64,000 nucleotides of DNA from Acidimicrobiaceae bacterium (GTDB lineage Bacteria > Actinomycetota > Acidimicrobiia > Acidimicrobiales > RAAP-2): contig PMOQ01000056.1 of the NCBI GenBank assembly GCA_003161255.1, positions 25,599-89,598 of the forward strand, read 5' to 3'. Position 1 is the first letter of the stretch. Every line of letters starts with the position of its first letter. The notes beneath the pieces are model-generated. The model worked only from the letters and a program-made list of their open reading frames with translations, was not told the DNA's origin and did not search any database. Of this stretch, positions 1 through 9,606 are shown in pieces. The translations under genes and the position numbers were made by a program.

Positions 1-1821
1 GCCGGCCCCGCAGCAGAAGCTCTTCTCCCGGCAGCGCTTCATCTCGACCTGGCGCACGCCCGGGATGGCATCGATCACCGAGCGGGGCTCGTCGAAGACG
101 CGGTTGTGCCGACCGAGGTAGCAGGGATCGTGGTAGGTGACGGTGCCCTCGTATCCGGGGCCCGGGGTGAGCTTCCCGGAGGCGACGAGGTGCTCGAGCA
201 GCTGGGAGTGGTGGATCACCTCGAAGTTCCCGCCGAGGCCCGGATACTCGTTCTTCAACGTATTGAAGCAGTGCGGACAGGTGGCGATGACCTTCTTCGC
301 GCCGATGCCATTCAGGACCTCGACGTTCGCCTTGCCCTGTTCTTGGTAGAGGTACTCGTTGCCGAAACGACGCGCCGGGTCGCCGGTGCACGATTCCTTC
401 GGCCCCAAGATGGCGAAGGTCACCCCGACCCGGTGCAGCAACCTCGCGGTGGCCTGCACCCCCTTGCGGGCCCGTTCGTCGAGTGCCCCCGCGCACCCGA
501 CCCAGTAGAGGTACTCGATGTCGTCGGGGATCGTGTCTCCGACGACGGGCACCTCGAAGTCGAGTGATTGGGTCCAGTCGGTGCGCTTGGCCTGACCGAG
601 GCCCCACGGGTCCCCTTGGTTCTCGATGTTGCGAAGCATGAGGCCGCCCTCGGAAGGGAAGCGGGACTCCATCAGTACCTCGTAACGGCGCATGTCGACG
701 ATCGCGTCGACGTGCTCGATGTCGACTGGGCACTCCTCGACGCACGCACCGCAGGTCACGCACGACCAGAGCACGTCCGGGTCGATGGTGTTCGGGACAA
801 GGGTCTCGGTTTGACCCTCCGGTGAGTCACCGTTCTTGGCCAGCAGTCTCGACGCCTGCGAGAACATGTTGTCCCGGAGGCCCATGATCACGAGCTTCGG
901 CGAGAGCGGCTTGCCCGTCGCCCAGGCCGGGCACACCGACTGACAACGCCCGCACTCGGTGCACGTCGAGAAGTCGAGCATCTGCTTCCAGGTGAAGTGC
1001 TCGATCTGGCCGACCCCGAAGACGGTGTCCTCGGTCACGTTCTCCATGTCCATGTCGGGCGTCTTGTCGAGGGCGCCGAGCGCACGGGGCCGGCGGGACG
1101 CGGCGACATTCAACGGCGCCAAGAAGATGTGGAGGTGCTTGGAGAACGAGACGAACACCAAGAACCCGACGATCACGCAGATGTTCAGGATCACGAAGAC
1201 GGTCTCGAGCACGCTGTTGACGCCCGTGCCCAAGGGGTGGAGCGCCTTGCCGACCACGTGTGAGGCGAACGCCCACCAGGTGTAGGGGAAGTCGCCGGTG
1301 TTGGATTGCGCCCCCCGATAGAGGAGCAACGTGATCATCACCAGCGCGATCAACCCGAGCGTCAGCCAGGCCGCGCCGGTGTGGGACCCGTAGAAGCGGG
1401 AGTCCCGCTCACGGCGGGCGGGCGCCTGACGGAGCCGGATCACCGCGAAGACCGAAAGGGCAACGAGGACCGCCACGATGAAGAAGTCTTCGATGAACCC
1501 GAGCACCGGGTTGTGGCCGAAGCCCCAGATCGCGAAGGTCTTCTTGAAAAGGTCGCCGTAGGCCTCGATGATGGTGAAGAACAAGACGGTGAAGCCCCAG
1601 AACGTGAATGCGTGGGCCAGTCCCGGCACGGTCCATCGCAAGAGTTTCTTCTGCCCGCCGACCTCGACGACCTCTGCCTCGGCCCGCATGCGCAGACCGC
1701 GCAGGCGCTCCGGAGCGGGCTGCCCCGAGCGGATGAGCCTGGAGATTTTCCACATCCGCCGGCCCGCGATGGCGAACGCCAAGGCGGAGGCACCGAGTCC
1801 GATAACGATCCTTACCAGCAT
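1..1821 (-). CDS. membrane-anchored (Fe-S)-binding oxidoreductase, HdrD/GlpC-like with CCG cysteine-rich domains; 3-prime end runs off the window
   Basis: Absent from the ORF track because there is no stop inside the window. My translation from ATG at 1821 stays open to base 1 (607 codons): [26 protein letters not shown]..., with hydrophobic N-terminal segments. It then has two ferredoxin-type motifs ([24 protein letters not shown]) and CCG-type cysteine motifs ([19 protein letters not shown] at the edge). The + strand ORFs here (106..567, 568..825, 1306..1827) look like antisense artefacts. Confidence 0.8.
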   Translation of the reverse strand, partial: MLVRIVIGLGASALAFAIAGRRMWKISRLIRSGQPAPERLRGLRMRAEAEVVEVGGQKKLLRWTVPGLAHAFTFWGFTVLFFTIIEAYGDLFKKTFAIWGFGHNPVLGFIEDFFIVAVLVALSVFAVIRLRQAPARRERDSRFYGSHTGAAWLTLGLIALVMITLLLYRGAQSNTGDFPYTWWAFASHVVGKALHPLGTGVNSVLETVFVILNICVIVGFLVFVSFSKHLHIFLAPLNVAASRRPRALGALDKTPDMDMENVTEDTVFGVGQIEHFTWKQMLDFSTCTECGRCQSVCPAWATGKPLSPKLVIMGLRDNMFSQASRLLAKNGDSPEGQTETLVPNTIDPDVLWSCVTCGACVEECPVDIEHVDAIVDMRRYEVLMESRFPSEGGLMLRNIENQGDPWGLGQAKRTDWTQSLDFEVPVVGDTIPDDIEYLYWVGCAGALDERARKGVQATARLLHRVGVTFAILGPKESCTGDPARRFGNEYLYQEQGKANVEVLNGIGAKKVIATCPHCFNTLKNEYPGLGGNFEVIHHSQLLEHLVASGKLTPGPGYEGTVTYHDPCYLGRHNRVFDEPRSVIDAIPGVRQVEMKRCREKSFCCGAG

Positions 1822-1926
1822 CTATAAGGAGCCAATCTTCGAGATCATCGGGCGCTCGGCCGACGCGACGTGACCGGCTTTCTCCCCCAATACGGCGTCG
1901 GCCAAACGATAGTGTGACCGACACCG

Positions 1927-1997
1927 GCGGGCGTAGTTCAGAGGCAGAACATCAGCTTCCCAAGCTGAGAACGCGAGTTCGATTCTCGTCGCCCGCT
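1927..1997 (+). tRNA. tRNA-Gly (anticodon CCC)
   Basis: Cloverleaf read by eye. Acceptor GCGGGCG/CGCCCGC, D arm GTTC..GAAC, anticodon stem TCAGC/GCTGA with loop TTCCCAA, T arm GCGAG-TTCGATT-CTCGT. CCA is not encoded. Confidence 0.85.
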
Positions 1998-2110
1998 CTC
2001 CTTACGGACCCGGGACCGAACGCCGGTCGTGATTCCCCCGCGGCGTCTTGTTCGCGGCCCGGGACGGCTCGAAAGGGCCATACTTCGCGGGTGGCCGAGG
2101 ACGTGCGACG

Positions 2111-2365
2111 GTGAAGCTCAAGCTCGATCTCCACGACGTCTACAACCGTGGGCACGACATCGATCGGGCCCTCAATGGGATCATCGACGAGGCCGTGGCC
2201 AAGCGGGCGACGCTGGTCGAGATCATCCCAGGGAAGGGATCGGGACAGCTGAAGAAGCGGGTCCTTCGGTTCCTCGACCAAAAGGAGATCAAGGCCAAGT
2301 ACCACCGGGTCGAGAAGGACTCCCACAACTTCGGGCGGGTGTTCGTCCACTTCCGCTGGAAGTAG
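2111..2365 (+). CDS. small Smr (MutS2 C-terminal-like) domain protein
   Basis: ORF 2048..2365 contains KLDLHDVYNRGHDIDRALNGIIDEAVAKRATLVEIIPGKGSGQLKKRV, a typical Smr domain with LDLHG-like and GKG motifs. GTG at 2111 preceded by GAGGAC is preferred over the weak TTG at 2048. Confidence 0.6.
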   Translation: MKLKLDLHDVYNRGHDIDRALNGIIDEAVAKRATLVEIIPGKGSGQLKKRVLRFLDQKEIKAKYHRVEKDSHNFGRVFVHFRWK

Positions 2366-2456
2366 GCCGAGACGAGGAGATGCCGCCGGCACAGGCCGGC
2401 GGCATCTCCGTCACTCTCGCCACCTCAAAGCTCGGGTGGCTCCGTTTTCAATTGGC

Positions 2457-3836
2457 TCAGGCGGTGCTCGAAAGGCTGGCCGGAACCTTGTCTTGGGCGC
2501 CGTGCCAGACCTTGACCGGACCTGCGCCAGGGCTCGTGTAGTAGACGGGACCGACCGGGCTGACACCCATGAACGTCCCGGTCGGGAGCGTGATCGGCGT
2601 GGCCGTGGTCGACATCTTGTACAGCTGCTCGCCCTCGTAACCGAAGTGAACGGACGACGAGTACGAGTAGGGCACGAAGCCGGAGTTGACGAAGTTCTTG
2701 CCGTCAGCCGCGATCGCGTTCAGCAGCCCTTGGCGGGTCAGGTTCTTGCCTGCCGCCTTCAGCGCCTGGTACACGGTGTAGCCGAGGTTGAACCCGACCA
2801 GCTCGTCGCCGGTGATGCCGTTCTTCGCGACCTCCGAGTCGTACTTGGTGAGGAGCTTGGTCGCCACCTGCACCCACGCGTTGGAGGTTTGGTTCTCAAA
2901 CGCGCCATAGCCGTCGGTGATCGCACCGTTGAGGAGCGCCTGGCCGTTCGGGGCCGGGGTCGTCAGGGCAGCAGGAGCACCGATGGCGGAGGGGTCACCG
3001 GCAACGCCGTCGATCACGAGCTGGGGCGTGTAGCCCAGCGTCGCGGCCGTGGTGGCGAAGAGTCCGACGAATGGCGGGATGGCGGCCATCACGACGACCT
3101 TGGCACCCGATGCCTGCAACGCCGCCACCTGGCTCTGAAGGCCGGCAACGTAGGCGGCGGTCGAGGCGACGTAGGTCTGCTTGTTGACGACCGAGCTGCC
3201 CTTGATCTCCATGTTCAGGCCCTTGATGGTGTCGAACCCGAACTCGTCATCCTGGGTGAAGTAGCCGACCTTCTGACCCGAGAAGTTCTTGGCCACGTAG
3301 TTGCCGAGGATCTTGCCGTCGACCGTGTACGGGGGCTGGTAGCCGCTGGAATACGGGTACTTGGAGCTGCTCCAGCAGTTGCACCCCGAAAGGATGAAGA
3401 GCTGAGGCACCTTCAGGCCGTTCAGGTACGGCTGCACCTGGAGCTGGGTCGGGGTCCCGAGGGAACCGATGTCGGCGAAGATGTTGTCCTGGAGGACCAG
3501 CTGGTGGGTCATCGTGGACGTGATCGACGGGGTGTACTGGTCGTCAACGAACTTGAAGTTGATCTGACGACCGTTCACGCCACCGTGCGCGTTCGCCCAC
3601 GCGAACACAGCCTGCATCGCCGGAGCGATGTCGTTGTAGTTGGCGGCAACACCGGTCAGAGGCTCGGTCGCCCCCAGCGTGATGGATGTCGCCGTGACCC
3701 CGGGCGTAGAAACGCTCGCCGCATTGGCCGGCCCGGACGCGGTCAGCGCCATCGTTCCCACCACCGCGCATGCGACGACGCCGGTGGCGTAGAGACGCGC
3801 ACGCCGGCGGGCCGAATGCAACGAAAATCGCTTCAT
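2457..3836 (-). CDS. ABC transporter substrate-binding protein, branched-chain amino acid (LivK / Peripla_BP_6) family
   Basis: 459-aa ORF with an N-terminal signal-like segment (MKRFSLHSARRRARLYATGVVACAVVG...) and LivK-like composition. It is the last gene of the livGFHM operon on the same strand. Confidence 0.85.
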   Translation of the reverse strand: MKRFSLHSARRRARLYATGVVACAVVGTMALTASGPANAASVSTPGVTATSITLGATEPLTGVAANYNDIAPAMQAVFAWANAHGGVNGRQINFKFVDDQYTPSITSTMTHQLVLQDNIFADIGSLGTPTQLQVQPYLNGLKVPQLFILSGCNCWSSSKYPYSSGYQPPYTVDGKILGNYVAKNFSGQKVGYFTQDDEFGFDTIKGLNMEIKGSSVVNKQTYVASTAAYVAGLQSQVAALQASGAKVVVMAAIPPFVGLFATTAATLGYTPQLVIDGVAGDPSAIGAPAALTTPAPNGQALLNGAITDGYGAFENQTSNAWVQVATKLLTKYDSEVAKNGITGDELVGFNLGYTVYQALKAAGKNLTRQGLLNAIAADGKNFVNSGFVPYSYSSSVHFGYEGEQLYKMSTTATPITLPTGTFMGVSPVGPVYYTSPGAGPVKVWHGAQDKVPASLSSTA

Positions 3837-3845
3837 CGATACCCC

Positions 3846-5009
3846 CTAGTCGTTGGTTGGGTGCACTTGCACCCCTGGCTCTCCTACCTGCGTCACAGAT
3901 TCACCGTCATGTACCGCGCGGTCAGTTGGAGCTTCCTGTAACGATAGCTTCATATTAGGGACCCCGTCAGGGGAAAAGTACGCGCCCACCCGGGCCGCGA
4001 CCCACCGGAGGGCACCCTGTATCCCCCCAGGCGCCACCAGCATCCCGACGACCAGCACGAGCCCGAAGATGATGACGGCCAGGTTGGCACTCACCTGGGA
4101 GTTCACGTGGAAATGGCTGGCCAGGGCGGGGGCCCACGACGTCGGGAGATACACGATGAGGATCGCCCCCCACCACACCCCCATCAGGCTGCCCGTTCCG
4201 CCGATGACCATCCCCGCGAGCAGGTAGATCGAGATCGACAGTGGAAACTCGGCCGAGTTCACGCCCCCCGCCGACAGCGCCAGCAGGGCCCCGGCCAGCC
4301 CGGCGCAGCCGGCGCTGACCATGAAGGCGATGACCTTGGTGCGGGCCACGTGGATGCCGGCCAGGGAGGCGGCAATCTCGTCGTCCCGCACGGCCCGGAA
4401 TGACCGCCCGAAGCGGCTCCGGAGCAGGTTGCCGAGCAGGATGAGCACGATCAGAGCGCAGGCGAGCTGGATCCAGGCCAACCATTGCTCGGGGTTGATG
4501 CTGGCCGGACCGGTCGGCTGGGGCGTCGTCAGGCCTTGGTCACCACCGAAGAAACTGTTGTACTGGTTGGTCAGGTACGGGAGCCCCAACGCGACCATCA
4601 AGGTCATGCCGGCCAGGTAGGGCCCTCGGAGCCGGGTCGCGGGGATTCCGATGACCGCTCCCACCAGCGCGCTCGTCGCGATCGCAATGGCGAGCTCGGG
4701 AACGACGTTCCAGGTCGTGTGCTCCACCAGGAGGGCCAGGGTGAATCCCCCGACAGCCATGAACCCGCCGTGCCCGAGCGAGATCTGCCCGTTGATGCCG
4801 GTGAGCAAGGTCAGACCGGCCAACGCGACCGCGTAGAACGCGATCTGTCCGACCTCGTAGTCGTTGAAGGCGCTCAGCTTCTGGGTGAGAAAGTACAAGA
4901 AGACGACGGCCACCGCGGCGTAGGTGAGGTGCCGCAACATTGGTTGGCGGGGCATCCGGAACCACGGCTTCGCCGCCAGCCCTTGCGCCCTCTTCTGGAG
5001 CTCACCCAT
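3846..5009 (-). CDS. livM: branched-chain amino acid ABC transporter permease LivM
   Basis: C-terminal 387 aa of track ORF 3846..5966, starting MGELQKRAQGLAAKPWFRMP... Multiple TM segments and LivM-like motifs (RAVRDDEIAASLAGI). ATG at 5009 overlaps the livH stop (TGATG). Confidence 0.85.
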   Translation of the reverse strand: MGELQKRAQGLAAKPWFRMPRQPMLRHLTYAAVAVVFLYFLTQKLSAFNDYEVGQIAFYAVALAGLTLLTGINGQISLGHGGFMAVGGFTLALLVEHTTWNVVPELAIAIATSALVGAVIGIPATRLRGPYLAGMTLMVALGLPYLTNQYNSFFGGDQGLTTPQPTGPASINPEQWLAWIQLACALIVLILLGNLLRSRFGRSFRAVRDDEIAASLAGIHVARTKVIAFMVSAGCAGLAGALLALSAGGVNSAEFPLSISIYLLAGMVIGGTGSLMGVWWGAILIVYLPTSWAPALASHFHVNSQVSANLAVIIFGLVLVVGMLVAPGGIQGALRWVAARVGAYFSPDGVPNMKLSLQEAPTDRAVHDGESVTQVGEPGVQVHPTND

Positions 5010-5887
5010 CAGACCCGCCTCGGGGCCGGCCGGGCGAAGAGGCCCTCGGGTCGGATCATGAGAGACACAATGACAAGGGCCAGCGCCGCCATCGGCTCGA
5101 GCGATCCGCCCAGGTACCCGCCGACGTAGGCGAGCGACAGTCCGGTCGCCAGGCCACCGACCAGCGCCCCGACCGGGCTGTCGAGGCCACCGACCACCGC
5201 CGCGGTGAAGCCGTAGATCAGGATCACGTCCATGAAGTTGGGGGTGAGCGACGACGTCGGCACGACGAGCAGGGCGGCCAGGACCCCTGCGGCCGCCGAC
5301 AGCGCCCAGCCGAGCGTGAGGAGCGGCCGGACCCGTACCCCGAGGAGGCGGGCCGTCTCCGGTGCGAACGCCACCGCCCGCATCCTGAGGCCGAGGTCGG
5401 TGCCGCGGAACAGCACCAACATGAGGATCATCAGAGCCAGCACGGCCAGGACCACGAAGACGTCGAACGGCGAGAACGCGATCTGGGTGTTTCCGATCTT
5501 CTGACCGGCCTCGGAGAACGGTGCGGGATAGGTCCGGGTTTGGGAGCCCCAGATGGCCCCGGCAACGCCCTCCAAGAAGATGAGGAACCCGAACGTGACG
5601 ATGATCGCGTTCAGGGGCGACTTGCCCTGGAGCGGCCGGATGAGAACGACCTGGGTGAGCGCCCCGAACAGGAGTCCCGTGGCCAAGGCCGCGACAAAGG
5701 CCAACCAGTAGCCCGAACCCTGATGGAGGACCGCGTAGGCGATGTACGTGGTCATCATCGCCATCGCCCCCTGGGCGAAGTTGACGATGTTGGTGGCCCG
5801 GAAGATCAGCACCAGGCCGAGAGCCACCGCTGCCACGATCATCCCGGTGGCGATCCCACCCAGGGTGATGTTGAGGAAGAACTGCAT
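5009..5887 (-). CDS. livH: branched-chain amino acid ABC transporter permease LivH
   Basis: 292-aa ORF MQFFLNITLGGIATGMIVAAVALGLVLIF..., a typical LivH/BPD_transp_2 permease. Confidence 0.9.
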   Translation of the reverse strand: MQFFLNITLGGIATGMIVAAVALGLVLIFRATNIVNFAQGAMAMMTTYIAYAVLHQGSGYWLAFVAALATGLLFGALTQVVLIRPLQGKSPLNAIIVTFGFLIFLEGVAGAIWGSQTRTYPAPFSEAGQKIGNTQIAFSPFDVFVVLAVLALMILMLVLFRGTDLGLRMRAVAFAPETARLLGVRVRPLLTLGWALSAAAGVLAALLVVPTSSLTPNFMDVILIYGFTAAVVGGLDSPVGALVGGLATGLSLAYVGGYLGGSLEPMAALALVIVSLMIRPEGLFARPAPRRV

Positions 5888-5902
5888 GATCGTCCGCGGC
5901 TC

Positions 5903-6616
5903 CTAGTACCCGAGGTAGTGGTGACGGAGTTCGCTGTCGCCGGCAACCTTGGCCGCGTCCTCGCACACCACGACCCGACCGAGATTGATGACGACGGCCT
6001 TCTGGGCGATCGACAGGCTGCTTCGTGCGTTCTGCTCGACCAGCACGACGATGAGGTTGGAGGCCTGGGTCAGGTCGCGCAGGACGGCCATGAGGCGGGC
6101 CGTGACAATCGGTGCCAAACCGAGCGACGGCTCGTCCAAGAGGAGCACCTTCGGCCGGGACACCAGGGCTCGCCCGATCGCCAGCATCTGCCGCTCGCCA
6201 CCCGAGAGGGTGTTGGCATGCTGGCGGCGGCGCTCTGCGAGCGGCGGGAACAGCGCGTAGATCTCTTCGATGACCGGGCCCCGCTGGCGCCGCGAGAAGC
6301 GAAAGAGGGAGCCGAGCCGGAGGTTTTCGTCGACTGTCATCTCCTCGATGACCGAGCGACCCTCGGGCACGTGAGCCACGCCGTGACGGACGATCTTTTC
6401 GACCGACATCTTTTCGAGCTGCTCACCGTCGTAACGGACGGTCCCCTTGCGCGGGCGCACGAGACCGGTGATGGCTCGCAACAGCGTCGTCTTGCCGGCC
6501 CCGTTGGCCCCGAGCACCGCGGTTACCTCGCCCTCGGCCGCGCTGAAGGACACGTCGGTCAGCGCGTGGACCGCACCGTAGGAGACCGACAGGTCTTCGA
6601 TCTCAAGAACCGGCAT
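5903..6616 (-). CDS. livF: branched-chain amino acid ABC transporter ATP-binding protein LivF
   Basis: Internal start MPVLEIEDLSVSYGAVH... of ORF 5903..6724. Walker A GANGAGKTT, signature LSGGERQ, Walker B LLLDEPS. Confidence 0.9.
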   Translation of the reverse strand: MPVLEIEDLSVSYGAVHALTDVSFSAAEGEVTAVLGANGAGKTTLLRAITGLVRPRKGTVRYDGEQLEKMSVEKIVRHGVAHVPEGRSVIEEMTVDENLRLGSLFRFSRRQRGPVIEEIYALFPPLAERRRQHANTLSGGERQMLAIGRALVSRPKVLLLDEPSLGLAPIVTARLMAVLRDLTQASNLIVVLVEQNARSSLSIAQKAVVINLGRVVVCEDAAKVAGDSELRHHYLGY

Positions 6617-7412
6617 TGGCCACCGGCGAGTCAACGGTCGAAACGTCCTGGCCGAGATAGGCGGTCGTGACTTCGGGGTTCGCCTGCACGTCGGCCGGAG
6701 AACCCGAGGCGATGACCCGGCCAAAGTTGAGCACCACCAGGCGATCGCAGATGGACATGACCAGGTCCATGTGGTGTTCGACCAACAGCACGCCCATCTT
6801 GTCCCTGAGGCCGACGATCAACTTCCCGAGCTCTTGGAGCTCGGCCTCCGATAGACCGCTCGCAGGCTCGTCCAGAAGGATCAGATTGGGGTCACACATC
6901 AGAGCCCGGGCCAGCGCCGTTCGCTTCTGGATCGCATACGGAAGGCTCAACGGGTAGCGATTGGCATATTCCGCAATCCGGAACTCGCCGAGAAGATCGA
7001 GCGCGCGCTGGCGGATCCGGGTTTCCTCCCGGCTCGAGCGCCAGAGTCCGAACAGCGCCGAAGCGAAGTCGGCGCGCGCGGTCGACTGGGCGCCGGCCAT
7101 CACATTGTCGACAACCGTCAAGCCCCCCCAGAGTCCGACGCCTTGCAGTGTGCGAGAGATACCGGCCTTCGCCAGGTCATGGGGTTGGTGCCGGCGAAGC
7201 TGCTTTCCATTGAAGGTGATCGTCCCCGAGTCGGGCCGTACAAAGCCGCACACGATGTTGAAGAGCGTGGTCTTCCCGGCGCCATTGGGGCCGATCACGC
7301 CGACGACCTCACCCGCGTGCACCGACAAAGAGACGCCATCGAGGGCGGTCAGGCCCCCGAACGACACAGTGATCTCGTTGACGACGAGTCCACCGATCTC
7401 TGAGTTGGTCAT
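6603..7412 (-). CDS. livG: branched-chain amino acid ABC transporter ATP-binding protein LivG
   Basis: Internal start MTNSEIGGLVVNEITVSFGG... of ORF 6603..7508. Walker A GPNGAGKTT, Walker B ILLDEPASGL. GGAGGG lies upstream of ATG 7412, and the gene overlaps the livF start by 14 nt. Confidence 0.9.
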   Translation of the reverse strand: MTNSEIGGLVVNEITVSFGGLTALDGVSLSVHAGEVVGVIGPNGAGKTTLFNIVCGFVRPDSGTITFNGKQLRRHQPHDLAKAGISRTLQGVGLWGGLTVVDNVMAGAQSTARADFASALFGLWRSSREETRIRQRALDLLGEFRIAEYANRYPLSLPYAIQKRTALARALMCDPNLILLDEPASGLSEAELQELGKLIVGLRDKMGVLLVEHHMDLVMSICDRLVVLNFGRVIASGSPADVQANPEVTTAYLGQDVSTVDSPVANAGS

Positions 7413-7588
7413 GACCCTCCACAAAGAACGAGGGCGGCATTCACACGCATATCCGACACATACCGCGCCAGCCATAACCTGAGCATGTGTCGGGCCCCCA
7501 AGTCGCAATCACCCCGCCCCGGCGGAGCTCATGCCGACGATGTGAAGTATGGGTTACGGCCGCACCGGATGCAATTAGCCCCCCGTGA

Positions 7589-8080
7589 CTACCGGAGCTT
7601 TCGGTGGTCCCACGTAACCGTCCGCTCGACGTGGATCTTGACCGCCACCCGGTTGCGCAACATGACCTCGACCTCGGCACGGTGTGCCTCCGCGTCATAC
7701 GCCGCCACGTGGCGATCGAACACGCTCACGCCCAGGTCCCAGAGCCTCGACGGGTCCTCGATCAGCTCCGCCCACCCGACCAGTTCGGCGCCGCGCAACT
7801 CGTCGTAGTTGACGCCTGCCTCGACGAGACACGTGATCCGCGGGTCGCGGCGCAGGTTGACCGCCTTCTGGGACTTCGCTTTGGTGTGGACGGCCAGGTC
7901 ACCCTCGAGGAACCCGTACCACATGGCCACGGCATGGATGGTGCCGTCGTGGTTGAAGGTGCACATGGTCATGGTCCGGCCGTCGTCGAGTAGGGCGGCG
8001 GCCTCGGAGTCGGACATCTGGACCTGGTGCCGGCGGTTCACCCCGTCCCCGTATCCGCTGAAGCCCGAGGCTTCGCTCAT
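7589..8080 (-). CDS. pyridoxamine 5-phosphate oxidase (PPOX) family protein, possibly an F420-dependent class
   Basis: ORF 7589..8134: ...LLDDGRTMTMCTFNHDGTIHAVAMWYGFLEGDLAVHTKAKSQKAVNLRRDPRITCLVE... matches the PPOX split-barrel pattern. The start is uncertain: 8134, 8080 or 8017. Confidence 0.7.
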   Translation of the reverse strand: MSEASGFSGYGDGVNRRHQVQMSDSEAAALLDDGRTMTMCTFNHDGTIHAVAMWYGFLEGDLAVHTKAKSQKAVNLRRDPRITCLVEAGVNYDELRGAELVGWAELIEDPSRLWDLGVSVFDRHVAAYDAEAHRAEVEVMLRNRVAVKIHVERTVTWDHRKLR

Positions 8081-8364
8081 CGACGGCCCGCCGGGGCTCG
8101 TGCCGGTCACCACGCACGCACCGATTCCCAACATTTCATCTCGGGATCACCTCGGGTTTGCGGACGATTCGCGAGCCGTTCATCTGCCCCTCTTACGGTA
8201 CCGGCGATGGCTCCGAGCTGCGCTGACGACTCACCGTCGGTCGGACGCGCCGAGCCGCATGCCCAGGCGCCTCGGCGCCCAGGCCCCGAGGCGACGACGG
8301 GGAACGCCCCCCCTCCTCGTTCGTCGCCCCTTTCTTGGGTTCCCATTCCGGGCGCCATCCCCCG

Positions 8365-9096
8365 GTGAGCGTGGTGGCCGAACCCCGCGATGGTGCCAAC
8401 CTGCGTGACTCGCGTCCGCTCGTCTTGGTCGTCGATGACGAGGAGTCGTACCGCCAGGCTCTAGCGTCGGGACTGTCCCAGGAGGGCTTCGCCGTCGAGT
8501 GCGCCGCCGACGGCCACGAAGCGCTGCGGCTGTTCCATCGAATCCACCCGGACCTAGTGCTGGTCGACGTCATGCTGCCGGACCAGTCAGGGGTGGAGCT
8601 GTGCCAACGGATGCGAGCCCTGGCGCCCGTCCCCATCATCATGGTGACGGCAAAGGACTCGGAGGTTGACATCGTCCTCGGGCTGGAGCTCGGTGCCTCG
8701 GACTACGTCGCCAAGCCCTTCAGGCTCCGCGAGCTGGTCGCCCGGATGCGGGCCGTCCTTCGTCGCGGCGTCGCGTCGACCTCGGTGGCCAACGACGAGG
8801 TCCTTCACGCCGGACCGGTCCGGCTCGACAACGGCCGCCGTGAGGTGACCGTCGACGGCAATCTGGTCGAGCTGTCCCGCAAGGAATTCGATCTCCTGGC
8901 CCTCCTCATGTCCCACGCCGGGCAGGTCGTCACCCGCGACCGGTGCATCGACCGGCTCTGGTGGGACCAGGACCTGGCGGACACGCGCACGCTGGACACC
9001 CACATGAAGCGGCTCCGGCGCAAGATCGAGCGTGATCCGGCGAACCCGCGGCACCTCGTCACCGTGCGGGGCGTCGGCTTCCGCTTCGAGGGCTGA
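8365..9096 (+). CDS. OmpR/PhoB-family response regulator (receiver plus winged helix), with no adjacent histidine kinase
   Basis: LVLVVDDEES, DLVLVDVMLPD, IIMVTAKD and DYVAKPF give a complete phospho-acceptor pocket. C-terminal winged-helix motif: LSRKEFDLLALLMSHAGQVVTRDRCIDRLW...VRGVGFRF. The start (GTG 8365) is uncertain. Confidence 0.85.
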   Translation: MSVVAEPRDGANLRDSRPLVLVVDDEESYRQALASGLSQEGFAVECAADGHEALRLFHRIHPDLVLVDVMLPDQSGVELCQRMRALAPVPIIMVTAKDSEVDIVLGLELGASDYVAKPFRLRELVARMRAVLRRGVASTSVANDEVLHAGPVRLDNGRREVTVDGNLVELSRKEFDLLALLMSHAGQVVTRDRCIDRLWWDQDLADTRTLDTHMKRLRRKIERDPANPRHLVTVRGVGFRFEG

Positions 9097-9144
9097 ACGC
9101 CAAGCCGCTCGTCGGGGCCGGGAAGCCGGGTTACGCTCGACGCC

Positions 9145-9606
9145 GTGCGCACCGGAGATCTCGTAGCCGATTTCGAATTGCCCGACGAGACCGGCACACC
9201 GAGGCGCCTGACCGACCTGCTCGAGTCCGGACCGGTGGTGCTCTTCTTCTACCCGGGCGCCATGACCTATGGCTGCACTCGCGAGAGCTGCCATTTCCGG
9301 GACCTGCACGGTGAATTCCAGGCGTTGGGGGCACAGCCGATCGGCATCAGCGCAGACCCCGTCGAAAAGCAGAAGAAGTTCTCGGATATGCACTCGTTCG
9401 GCTATCCGTTGCTCTCGGATACGAGCGGATCGGTGGCCGAGCAGTTCGACGTCCGCAGGCGCATCGCCGCCCGCGGTAATCGCCGGACGACCTTCGTGAT
9501 CGACACCGACCTCCGCGTGCTGAAGGTGATCCACTCCGAGGTGTCGATGGCGTCGCATGCCGACAAGGCACTCGAAGTTTTGCGGGCCCGTGCAAGCGCG
9601 GCCTGA
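9145..9606 (+). CDS. bcp: peroxiredoxin, Bcp (AhpC/TSA) type
   Basis: 153-aa ORF: VADFELPDETGTPRRLTDLL...VVLFFYPGAMTYGCTRESCHFRD, with the peroxidatic Cys in a PxxTxGC context. Confidence 0.85.
   Translation: MRTGDLVADFELPDETGTPRRLTDLLESGPVVLFFYPGAMTYGCTRESCHFRDLHGEFQALGAQPIGISADPVEKQKKFSDMHSFGYPLLSDTSGSVAEQFDVRRRIAARGNRRTTFVIDTDLRVLKVIHSEVSMASHADKALEVLRARASAA

Noticed and set aside
1255-1260. Additional CACGTG cores (also at 35951..35956) as possible extra parS sites
   Set aside because: The flanking bases do not match the GTTTCACGTGAAAC palindrome, with fewer than 10 of 16 positions matching. Both lie inside coding sequence.
3846-5966. 706-aa ORF suggesting a giant permease
   Set aside because: The first ~320 codons overlap livH out of frame and are low-complexity. 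The real LivM starts at ATG 5009 (MGELQKRAQ...), overlapping the livH stop.
7453-7493. 9-bp inverted repeat CCGACACAT ... ATGTGTCGG in the spacer between the PPOX gene end and livG
   Set aside because: I considered an attenuator, riboswitch or terminator. It is a single stem with a 23-nt loop, no T-tract and no alternative pairing that I could see. A terminator for the upstream gene or an operator are equally possible, and I cannot support a specific call.
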